Assembly (NCBI GenBank): GCA_965240325.2
Contig: OZ251241.1
Location: 434,001-498,000 of the forward strand
Direction: 5' to 3'
DNA from: Rebecca billardiae RCC1528
Lineage: Eukaryota; Protista; Haptophyta
DNA: 64,000 bases
Part shown: positions 32,599-44,242 of the stretch, in pieces
Numbering within the stretch: position 1 is the stretch's first letter
Layout of the letters: every line of letters begins with the position of its first letter
Notes under the pieces: generated by a model
The model's input: the letters and a program-made list of their open reading frames with translations, nothing else
What the model was told of the DNA's origin: nothing
Database searches by the model: none
Made by a program: the position numbers and the translations under genes

Positions 32599-35500
32599 TC
32601 ACACGCGCAGGTCTTTGTCGGAGCGCCCCCCGGGCGAGGCGGCGGCGCTGCTAGCAGCGGGGTCGTCGTCGACGGCATCCCCGGTGTCGCCCCGGTCGGT
32701 CGAGCCGCGCCGGCGGGCGGGCGGGTCCGGCGGCGGCAGCGTCAGGCTGCCATGCCGATCTCGCTCGAGGCCGATGCCGCTGCCGCCCGCGCGCACGTTG
32801 GCGGCCGTGTTGGCGGCCGTTGCGTCGCTGGCCGAGGCCGGGCGGTCACACGCGCTCACACCTCCGGCGGCGGTGTGAGAGGACACGCGCGCGCTTGACG
32901 CGCTGCCGCCATCGGCCCCGCCGTTCGATGCCGCCACGCGCATCGCCTCGGCGGTCGAGCCGCCGAGTGCGCTCAGGTTGAGCGCGCTACCGGCGGCCGA
33001 GTGCGCGGCCTCCGAGGCGGAGGCGGACGAGTCCTTCCACTCGCCCTCCTGCGCCTCGTTGGCGTTGGGGAACAGCGGCGTGTACTGGAAGACGCCCGAG
33101 TTCTTGCGAGACTGCGGCTTCGAGCTCGGGCGCTGCGGCATTCCCAGCGGCCCGATGGGCGCGTCGTGCGCCTTGCTGCTCTCGTAGGCATTGTGGAAGA
33201 TGTTGCGCAGCCGCTGCTGCTGCTGCTGCCGCTCAAAGCGCCGCTGCACGACCTCGAGCTCCGTCAGGCCCGCCGACCCGAGCCGCACGCGCGCGATGCC
33301 GGAGTCGGGCGCCGAGCTGTGCACCGAGCCGCGGCGCGAGCCCGGGCGGGAGGGCTCGGTGCTCTCGCTGTCGAGCTCAGGAGGCAGCCGCGTGTCGGGC
33401 GCTATCGACACGCGCTTACCCGTGCTGGCCGGCGACGCGTGCGACTGGGTCGGCGAGCCGAGCGCAGCAGAGCCGCGGCGCGACGTTGCCTGGCCGCTCC
33501 CGTTGCCCGAGGGCGGCATCGACGCGAGCGCAGAGCCGCGGCGCGGCGCGGCCTGGCCGCTCGCGTTGCCCGAGGGCGGCATCGACGCGCTGCACGACGG
33601 CGGCGGCGTCAGGCTGGCCGAGGCCGAGGGCGAGCGCATCGGCAGCAGCTCGACCTCCCCTCCGAGCTCCGAGGTGAGCAGGAACCGAGGCGCAAGCCGC
33701 TGCTCCCCAAACGCGGGCGTCGAGGGCATCGAGATGTCCACGTCGTCGAGCCCGGCGGCGGCGAAGCGCTCCCGGGCCGTGGGCGACGGCCCGCCGTCCT
33801 CGGCGGGCCGCAGCCCCGCGGGCGATGCGCCGGGCGAGTTGCTCACCGACCGCCGGCCGAGCAGCAGGAAGGCCGGTGACTCGCTCGGACGGCCAGAGTT
33901 GGCGGTCGACGTGTGTCCTGGGCCCGCACCAGAGAAGCGCCCGCGCAGCGTGGACGAGCCGGGGGCCGCGAAGAAGCCGCCCGGGCGCGAGGTGCGACCC
34001 GTCGGCGTGTTCGCGGCCGAGAGCCGCTCCGACGCGCGCGAGTTGCGCGAGGTGCGCGGCCGGCTCGCCGGCGTGCCGGCCGAGGCGAACCGGTCGGCGA
34101 GCGAGCCCGAGCCCGGCTCAAAGGAGACGCCCATGCCGGACCTGCGCGCGCCGCGCGCAAACGACGTGCGGGTGGACGGGCGTGCCGAGCCGGGCGGCGG
34201 CGAGGGCTCGGCGGTGTCGCCCGCGGCGGAGCGCGACGAGACTCGGCGCCGCCCGATCGACTGGCGAATCGACTGGCGCAGTGACTGGCCAGCCGACTGG
34301 CGCGTCGACTGGCGCTGCGAGCGGCGCGGCGAGCCCGTGGGCGAGCCCTCCGGCGACGGGTTGAGGCTGGAGCGCTCTGAGCCCGCCTCGTCCGTCGCGG
34401 CGACCGAGTCCGAGCGGCCGCGCTGCACCACCTTCTCCGCGCGGCGCAAGAAGTCGATCCTCGGCCGCACGTGGAAGAGCAGGTACATGTGCACCGTGTC
34501 TATCAGCGGCACGCACGCAAACAGCAGGCACGGGATCAGGATGAGCAGCCCGATCGCGCCGTCGACCATCAGCCAGTACGAGAGCAGCACGTCGCGCCCC
34601 GCCTCGCGCGTGATGCGCCACGCCCTGTGCGACCTCGCCTCCGCCGCCCTCGCCTCCGCGTCCGCGGGCGCCGCCGCCTTGGGCCCTGAGACGAACCACG
34701 CGAGCGCGGAGCACGCCGAGTGCAGCGCAAAGTACTTGGCGACAAACGACGTGAAGATGGCCTTCTCCACGACGGCGGAGCGGCGGCCGATCATCGCGGA
34801 CCAGAGGCCGTCGTACGTGCCGAGGAGCGCGAGCTGGGCCGCGTGGCAGGCGATGATCACCGGCGCGACCATCAGCGGCACCTGCCCCGCGGCGACGCGC
34901 TCGGGCTTGGCGCGGCCGCACGCCGAGCGCAGCAGCACCGCGGCCAGCGCGCCGACCGCGAGCGGCAGCACCGGCAGGAAGTTGCTGATCAGGTCGAGCA
35001 GCTCGAGGGGCCCGCGCGGCAGGCGGTGGTAGATGCCGAGGACAGCGATCGCCGCGAGCAGCCGCCGCCCCGGCGTGATGAACACGGCGTACGGCCGCCC
35101 CGCCATCGAGGCGAGCGTGCCCTCGTGCCACGCGCGCCAGCCGTCCGCCTTGGCGTCAAAGAGCCACCGCCACCAGCCCACCACGTCCTGCCGCAGGATG
35201 TCGAGCGGGCGGAACATGCGCGCGTTGAAGAGGGAGGGCGAGAGCACCCACGCCGCCACGATCAGGAAGAGCGCGCCCCAGAACGGCCAGCCCGGCCACT
35301 TGGGCGGGCGGGTGTACACGAAGAGCGCGGCCATGAAGATGAGGTCGGCGCCCGGCTGCAGGTTGGAGTGCGCGTACCCCTTGTACAGCGCGTGGTAGTG
35401 CTGCCGCGTGGTGGCGATGCCGCGGCCGGTGGCGATGTACTGCGCGCCGCCCTGCGAGATCTCCGAGCGGTAGTTGTACCCGATCAGCTGCGCCTGGAAC

Positions 35501-38500
35501 GCGAAGAACATCCACGAGAAGGAGCACAGCTGGCGCACGAGCGCGAGCACGCCGAGGAGCGGGTTCTGCGTGTTGATGGTGATCTCAAACAGCAGCGGCA
35601 GCGCCTGCCCGATGATGAAGAGCGCGGTGATCGGGCCGAACTGGCCGTCGATCAGCTCGGCGGAGATCGACGAGTACGTGAGGAGCGGGTCGGTCCCCTC
35701 CGGCGTGAACGCCATGTCCACCAGCGAGAAGTAGAGCAGGATGAAGATCAGCGTCCAGATCGTGATCTCCATGAGCGCGGGCGTGCCGTAGAAGCCGACG
35801 TGTCCGTAGAAGAAGCCGAGCATGCGCGCGAACGGGAGGCGCGAGCCGAGGCGGTACGACTGGCGCGTGAGGCACATCTCGGCGGTGCCGCGGCTCAGCT
35901 TCGAGATGAACTTGAGCTGCCCGCCGAACGACATCTCGCGCCCCTTGCCCACCTGGAAGTACTCGCGGTGGATCACGTTGTTGCCGCGCAGGCACAGATC
36001 CATCCCCGCAAAGATATCCTCGGACAGGTTGAGCGCCTTGGTCGCCTTGGAGACGCCGCCCTGCGCCATCATCGTCAGCTTCTCCATGATGTCGGGGTGG
36101 CCGTAGTACATGCGCGACAGCAGCGGCCGGTCGCTCGTGCGCTGGATCATCGAGCCGAACACGTACTCGGACGTGGCGGAGAAGTTGCCGATCGTGCCGA
36201 GCGACGAGTACACGTGCTCGCGCCAGCCGACGATCGAGACGCGCGCGCGCGAGTTGGTCGGGTCGTCGCCGAACTCGGCGAGGCCGTTGACGATCTTGAG
36301 CATCTCCTCGAGGTAGCCGTCCTGGTTCGCGTCGATGGTCTGCAGCAGCCGGCCGCGCACGTAGATGATCGCGTGGTTCTGGTTGTCGCCCTTGCCGTCG
36401 CCGAGGATCGGGTGGCCGGGCAGCCGCACGCGGTAGCGCGGCAGCCGCTTGTTGCCCGGCAGCTTCTCGCAGTGGCCGTCGATGAGGCACGAGTAGAAGA
36501 CCTTGCCCTGCGGCACGCTCGTGTCGACCTCCTCCTCGATGTACGCGACGTTCAGCCGCGGGAACTCCTGGAACATCACCTCCGTCGCCTCGAGGAACTC
36601 GGCGTCGAAGTGGAAGTAGCGCTGCATCGAGACGACGCACTGGAACTTGGTCGCGATGATGTCCTCGCGCTCGGCCGCGCCGAGGTCGGGGCGCTGGACG
36701 GAGAGCAGCAGGTCGAGCGCGCGCTCGTACAGCATCATGCCGCGCACGGTGCGGTACAGCGACTGCGTGCGCATGCTCGACCACTTGCGCAGCTCGAGCA
36801 TCGCCGCGCGCCGCTCCTCCTCGTCCGCGCCGTCGTCGTCGATCTCGGGCGGCGGCGCGTCCGCCGCCGCCTTGGCGTCCGCCTCCGAGTTGCCCGCGGC
36901 GGACGCGGCGACCTGCCGCCACAGCACGCTCCACGTGCGCTCGCCGACGCGCTCGCGGAAGCAGCGCAGCTCGTCCGGGTAGTACTCGAGCAGCAGCCCG
37001 AGCAGCGGCTGCTGCTGGCCCGCCGCGCGCGACGCGTCGTCGATTGTGAGCAGCTCGGCGACCGAGTTGATGATGGTCTCCCCGTAGTGCGGGATCAGAA
37101 CGGAGAAGGAGGGCATGGTCTCGACGGTGGCCGCGGCGGGCATGCGCATCTTGAGCGAGGCGCGCAGGAAGCCGAAGCGGCGCACCGCCTCCGGCGCGCG
37201 CGGCATCCTCGCGCGGCCGCGCCGCTCGAAGATGGGCGGGCGGTGCAGCGGCTGCGCGGCCGAGTGCACGTTCTCGTACGACAGCTCGCGCGCCTCCTCG
37301 ACCGTCAGGATGTCCGTCTCGAACATGGAGGCGATCACGGCGTTCCAGAGCAGCGCCCACTTGCGCTCGATGATCGGGTGCATCGTCGGGTACAGCAGCG
37401 CGCGCATTGGCTGCGGCCGCGCCTTGCCGTCCGTCGGGAACACCTGCGCGACGAACGCGGCCGGCAGGTCAGCCATCCGGCGCAGCGGCACCTGCGACGC
37501 CGACTTGCGCGGCCCCTGGAAGTACAGGATGCTCAGCCCGCGGAGCGTGCCGAAGATGACGCAGCCGACGATGTACCAGTGGTACGTGGACGAGAGGTAG
37601 ACGAGCATGCCCGAGATCCACACGACCAGCTGCTGCATCGAGCGCGTGAGCAGCTCGGGCGCGGCGGCGAGCTGCGGCGGCAGCGACGGGTCGGCGATGA
37701 TCCGCCCGATCGGCCGATACAGGTCGAGGCGCAGCGTGGCGATCGCCACGCCGCGGATCACGACGACGAGCTCGATCATGCCCTTCAGCCCGAAGACGAC
37801 GAGCCAGAAGAGGACGACCGCGGCCCCCGCGTACTGCGGCATGTACACGTTGTTGTCGAACTCCCTCGCCCTGCGCATGAAGGTGCCCGGGTTGAAGGTG
37901 GTGCGCAGCACGACCGCGGCCGAGTGCACGACAAACAGCGTGCGCACCGTCTCGTTCTTCGGGTACGCGAGGAAGACGGCGAAGAGGCCGAGCTGCAGCA
38001 GGTACGGCAGCGCCTTGTCCGGCTGCAGCAGCGTCTGCCAGATCGTCGCGCCCGGCTTGAGCCGCATCTTCGCGCCGTCCGCGACGATCTGCACGAGGCC
38101 GGGCGCGAGCAGGCCCGCAAAGATGGGCGCGCTGTCGGTCGGCTTCATCCACTCGCCGTCCGGCACGTACAGCTGGAGCGCGACGAGCAGCAGCATGTAG
38201 AACGAGGCGACGTGGTACGTGATGATGCGCGCGAAGCCGCCGAGCAGGTTCCACCACGCGTGGATCTCGTTGTGCCGCTTGCACCCGGCGAGCGAGGCCT
38301 TCCAGTCGACGTGGCGCAGCGCCTCCCACCGCTCCTCCTTGGGCAGCTGGATGATGGCGCGTCCGTCGTGCGTCACGATCTTGTTGATGCGCTCGTGCGT
38401 CCAGAACTGCTCGTTCCAGTCGTCGTAGTTGACGCGCGTCTCGGCGTCCTCGAGCGGCCGCTCGATCGGCGCGCCCCTCGCAGAGAGCCCCTTGAAGTTG

Positions 38501-39815
38501 TATGAGAAGAAGTACTCGTACAGCGGGCGGATGTACTCACGCAAGTAGCGAGACTCGGGCCGCGGCCCCTCGTCCTCCCTCGCCGGCCTCGTCGACTTGC
38601 GCTTCGCCTTGGGCGTCGGGATGGGCGTCGGCGCGAGCGGGTCCTTCGTCTTGTGCTCCCAGTCGTCGTCGAACGGCTCCGACTGCTCCTCGTCCTCCTC
38701 CTCCTCGTCCTCCGACTCGAGGATGGACTCGCCGCCCCACGACGGCCGCGCCGAGCGCTCGCCGCCCATCGAGGGCCGCGCAAAGCGGTACGCGTTGGTG
38801 TGCGCGCGCAGCGTGGCGAGCGACTGCGCCTCGAGCGAAGTCGCCGCGACCGAGCGGCGCGCCGAGGCCAGCCCCGAGTGACGCGCCGACCGGCGGCCCG
38901 CGTGCGGCGTCTGCGCGAGGGAGGAGCGGCCGCTGCTGTTGGCCAGCATGCTGCTGCTCGGCGGCATCGACGGCACGCCCGCTCCGGGGAGCGGTATCGC
39001 GTACATGCCGCCGGCGTTGGCGCCGCTGCGTGTCCACAGCGGGCCGCCGGGCGAGAGGGCGGGCTGGTTCGGCGCGGGCTGGCTCAGCCGAGCGTGCTGC
39101 CCGCGCGCCGACCACCTCTGCTGCGGCTCGGCCTCCATCACGCGCCACTCGTTGGGTGTGGGCGGCGCGATGACCGGCGGCGGCCGGGAGCCGACAGACG
39201 CCCGCCCGCTCGTGCCCGCCTCGGCGACGGCCAGCAGCGGCCCGCTCGGCGACGGGGAGGCGGTGGCCGCGGCGTCCTCGGCCGCCCTCGCCTGCGCGGC
39301 CGCATACGCCGCCTCCTCCGCCTTCACCGCCAGCTCCTCCGCGCTCGGCGGCGGCGGCACGTACTGGCGCGCGCACTCGAAGAAGAAGCAGAGAATCTCG
39401 GGGCAGAAGCGCACGTTACCCGCCTCGCCCCACATGCAGAGGAAGAGCGCGAGCTCGCGCAGCCGCTGCGCGTGGTTGGGCACGCGGTACTTGATGAACA
39501 CGATGTGCCGCCGCCGCTCGAACGAGTGCAGCCCCGAGCTCACGTCCAGCCAGCGCTCGAACGACTCGAAGGTGAGGTCGTGCAGCTTCTTCGCGCCGAT
39601 CAGCTCGTCCTGGTACGCCGCCGTGGTCGCCGCCCACATCTGCGTGAGGTGCACGTGCTGGTTGGCCACCGAGTCCGGGTCGAAGCCGTACATGTTCTCC
39701 AGCTCGATGAAGATCTTCGCGAGGTCGTCGATCGCCTCGCCGGAGAGGTTGGTCGCGGGCGTGTTGCCCGAGATGAGCGCCGACTCGGGCGCGCGCCGCG
39801 GCGCTTGAGCCTGCG

Positions 39816-39846
<31 letters not shown>

Positions 39847-42587
39847 GACCGGGTCGTCGTCGTGCGGCGCGTCCGCCGCGGGCGCGCCCGCCGCGACCGC
39901 CCCGGCGGGCTCCAAGCCCTCCTTCGAGGACGAGGCGAACCCCCTGCGCAGGCCATTCCCGTGCGGGTCGTCAGCGCCCGCGCGCGTGGGCACGAGTCGG
40001 TCCAGCCCGGCCTTGTCGCGCGGGCGGAGAGAGTAGCCGCGGGTCAGGCGCGCACGCGTGCGGAGCTTCGCCCTCGAGCTCACGCGCCGCGCCCTCGCCG
40101 CCGCGGCCGCGCCCAGCGCGCTCGCCCGCTTGCGCATCAGCGGGTGCGCGAGCGGGACGAGCACGCACGCCCAGCAGCACGCGACCACAGCCATCACCCA
40201 GAGCCACCACGGCTCGGGCGGGCGCTGCCAGCAGTAGCCCATCTTGCCGAGCAGCGCGCAGCACTCCGCGCCGCCGTGCACCTCCTCCGCCCACACGCGC
40301 AGCACGTGGTTCGCGCGCTGCCGAATCGAGCAGCCGCGGTACTTGCCGCCGGGCATCACGTTGAGGCACGCCTCGATGCCGGCGCTCGCGTTCACGCGCG
40401 TGTGCGTCTCGTTCATCGCGCGGTCGCACTGCAGCGCGATGATCTCCTCGAGGTCCTCGTACTTGTCGAAGGGGAGCGCCGTGCAGATCGGCTCCGCGCG
40501 CGGGACCGCCGCGAAGTCGTGGTCCGACAGGTTGCGGCACGTCCTCCCCCAGCCCACGCTGCGCGCGCGGCAGAGCGGCCCGCACCAGTCCTGCTCGCAG
40601 ATGCAGATGTGCGAGTCTGTCTCCGTGCAGTTGGCGTCCCACGAGGCGCACTGCACCTTGGTGCACGTGCCGTGCGGCCCGCAGTAGGCGGGGTCGGTCG
40701 GGTCGCACTCCTGCCCGCCGTACACGATCTCCTTGTAGTACTCCTCCTCGAGGTACGGCGTGTAGAAGACGCGGTGCTCGTGGATGAACTCGTGCGTCGG
40801 CAGGTGCGGCGGGTCGCACGTGAGCTGCTCCTTGCCCTCCTCCTGGTAGAGGCGGATGTGCTCGATCTCGTACCGCGCGGGCAGCTCGGCGCACATCTCG
40901 GCGAGCCACTCCCGGTTGTTCAGGTACTCGCCCGTCTGGTCGTCGTAGATGATGCACGTCGTGCACACGGAGCGCTTGCAGTCGACGCAGCAGTCGCACG
41001 CGTACTCGGGGCACCAGCGCCAGCCCCAGCGCGGCGCCATGTCGATGTTGAGGATGAAGTACATGGCCTCGCGCGGCATCTCGCGCGCGAGCATGGTGCC
41101 CGACATGTCGTTCGTGTACGGGTTCCCGGCCTTGTTCTTGAACGTCATCGGCCGCTCCTTCGCAATCGACCACGCCGGCACGTGGAACTGCTTGTTGTCG
41201 TCGAGCGTGAAGAAGGTGAAGCCGTCAGGGCCCGTCTTCCACTGCGCCTGCCACGTGTGCTGCTTGGAGAAGTGGGTCTCGCTGAGCATCGTGCACGCGG
41301 AGAAGGCGTCGGTGTGCATCAGGTTGCCGTGCGGGTAGTACTCGTCGCCCTGCGCGCACGCGCAGCACGGCGGGAGCAGGCGACGCGGATCGCGTGAGCG
41401 CGCGTGCGCGGACACGTGCGAGGTGAGGCGCGTACGCGCGCGCTCGCTCGCGACACGCACCCAAAACTCGTAGTTGATCGCGACGTCGTAGTACGTGCCG
41501 TACGGCTGGTACGGTCCGTCGGGGGTGGTCGTGTTCACGTCGTCCAGCCCGTACCTGTCCGCCCACGGGTACAGCTCCTCGTAGTACTGCAGCTTGACGG
41601 TGCCGTCCACGTCCGTGTAATTCTCGGGCACGCAGCCGAGCACCGGCCGCTCGAGCGCGTACTTGTGCTGCCCCGGCCCGGCCTGCACGGAGGTGCACAC
41701 GAAGGGCTGCTTCGTGCGGATGCGGCGGAGCAAGTCCGCCGGCTGCGGCCCGCAGATCCCGCGGTCGATCTTGCTCTGGTAGTCGTACAGGTAGTTTCCA
41801 GGCATCGTCTCGATGATGTCAATCTCGGGCGCGCCTCGGCCCACGCCGTAGTCGCACTTGTGCAGCTTCTGCGAGCCGAACTGGTTGGCCTCGTAATCCT
41901 TCTCCTCAGGGCACTGGTCAAAGTTGAACGGCCAGACATTGTCCGTGCTGTCCTTGAACGTCGCGCGCCCCAGGTTGCCCATCAGCCAGAAGGCGGGCCA
42001 CAGCCCGCCGACGTCGTGCCGCGCGGGCATCTGCGCCTTCAACTCCATGAAGCCCTCGGTGAAGCAGAACTTGTTCCTGCGAAGAGGCGGGGCGGGGCGG
42101 GGCGGCGGGTTGGCGGGTCGGCGGCGAGCGTGCGACGCGCGTGCACGCGCACGCTCGCGCGCGGTCCGCACCATGTCTGCATCATGGGCGTCTGATAGTA
42201 GCGCATCAGGTCCGGGTCGTACGGAGAGTACCAGTTCTCGTTGTTTGCGATGAGGACGAGCTTGCCGCCTTCGGTCCACGCGAGCGACGAGTTGTAGTAG
42301 TTGTACTGGTAGTTACTGTAGACCGGCGCGTTGAGCCCGGTCCACAGCGGGTCGTCGCCGTCGTTGAACGTGCGGTTGTCCATCTCGAACTCGTCCGAGT
42401 ACACGAGCTTGTACCGGATGCCGCGCCTGGTGATCCAGCGGGCTTCCATCGGCGTGTCCGGGTCGACGTACTCGGTCCACTCCACGGCATCCTCTGCGGC
42501 CACCCCAGGCGCCGCGCCAGGCAGCAGGAACGCGAGCAACGCCACCGCGAGGCGGCGCGGAACCCAAGCCGAGCCAGCTGCCGACAT
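32599..42587 (-). CDS. Fused KRE6/SKN1-type GH16 transglycosylase + EGF-like + FKS/callose-type 1,3-beta-glucan synthase (GT48)
   Basis: Signal peptide after ATG 42587; introns 42077-42171 and 41350-41460. SKN1-like motifs LVYSDEF..RTF.DGDDP.WT, MMQTWNKFCFTEG, GLWPAFWLMGNLGRA, GRGAPEIDIIE. FKS motifs WGEAGNVRFCPE, NYDDWNEQFW, SVLIPHYGE, LYRTVRGMM, GDGKGDNQNHA, TIDANQD.YLEE, YGHPD, LSEDIFAG, QVGKGR, plus a multi-TM region. Confidence 0.92.
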
Positions 42588-44242
42588 CGTGCCGGGCGAG
42601 GGGCGTGAGCCGGCTAAACGCGTGCCTCCTGGGCGTTGCCGCGCGAGATCTGCTGCGAAGATCGTATCAGCCAACTGACGGCAGATTGGACCGTCGTCAA
42701 CGTTTATTCTACTGTGAACCGCCCAAGGCTTGACTGTTCATCAAGATGACAATGGCCCGCCCACACATCAATCAGTACCAGGTACATAGATTTGAACCGG
42801 CACCTCCGCGGCACCGCCCGGGACCGCACCGGCTGACGTGGGCATGGTGAGCACAAATGGCGCGCGCTTCGCTTCGCACCCGGAGGTGCTTGCACTGCTG
42901 CCGCCAGGCAATGCGATGGGCCATATCACTGGCCAGATTCGTGTGGTTCGCCACTGATGCCATGACAAAGTTGAAAGTAGTGCCATCACGGCTTCAGTAG
43001 CTAACTGCAGCGACCACGGGCCGGGGCCCACGCTGTCCGGCACGCACTTCCGGCCTCGGTCCGTGGCCGGGGGCATTGCCATTAACTCTATATATATCAG
43101 CTCAGTTGACCGCCACTAACTAAGTGGCTAATACCAGCACTATTGAGTTAGCAGCACGCCACTGTCGGACTGACTTGACTGCGGGCCGCATCAGGCAGAC
43201 GGGCTCGTCCGGTCATCATCAGTAGCAGTAGTAGACACTGACAGCCGCGCTGCCGATATTATATATATATATATATTAATTGAGAAATTCATACTGGCTC
43301 GTCACTGAGTGCCGCGACACTGATATGATGTGAATAAAATAATGTCTAGCCGTCCTCCTGAACGCCGACGCCAACTGCTGGCCGAAGGTGGGCACGCCGC
43401 CTGGCATGTCGATGCCGAGGCGGCTGCGTGTGTTCCTACTCAGTGGGATTTACGTGTCCTCATGCCTTGGCGAGCGGCAGCAGATGCGGTGGGCATGCCG
43501 CTCGCCGTCGACGAGACGCGGTGCGTGAGTGATCCCGCGCGGACGTCCGCTGACGGAAGGCTGAGCGCCTGCGGACTCGTCGACTGAACCTCCACCTGAC
43601 CGCCCGGGAGCAGCACTGCTGGGGACCTAACCTGAAAAACCCAATCGTGTTGGGAGGCAGGGGGTCACATGAGCCCTAAGTGCAGCGCCGCAGGACCGGG
43701 CGGTCGGACGGCGGGTGTTGTGGTCCCGCCGCCCGAGCACCAGACCAACGGGCCCTGGGTGGGCGGGTTGCCGAAAGATGTTGGTCGGTGCACGCGACGC
43801 GCCACCCGCGTGCGAGCCGCCGCCGCCGGCGACGCAGGGCCACGAGCCCGGCTGCAGCCATCTCGCGCGCCCGCGCCTGGCGAAGCAGCCAGGGGGCGCC
43901 GGAAACAGCAGATCTCCGCGGCGACAAACCCGGACAGACTGTTTGTCCGGGAGCTGTGGCTGATGAGCGGCGCTGGCGCCCGGCGTTCTTGTCGTCCTCT
44001 TAGACAATCAGTTATTGTACCAATAACCCCACATATATACGCGGCATATACGCTGCGGCATGCGGCGCATGCGCGACGACAGGCCGCCGGATTCCGGATC
44101 ACGACACTTCACTTATCATCAGCGGCGCGTCTGCCTCGGACACCATCAATTTATACTGCCGCGCAGCGGAGGCAGCGCCAGCGGACAGCGCGCAACAGTC
44201 CGCGCAGTGCTCGTCCGTGCTGCCCAACACTCCGCTTACGGC

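Noticed and set aside
34720-41397. Long plus-strand ORFs (1261 aa, 914 aa) opposite the glucan synthase, and similar long ORFs elsewhere (29118-31715, 55834-58524, 7867-9897)
   Set aside because: Antisense or shifted-frame shadows caused by extreme GC3. They are Arg/Ala-rich with no motifs, and the opposite frame holds the recognisable gene.
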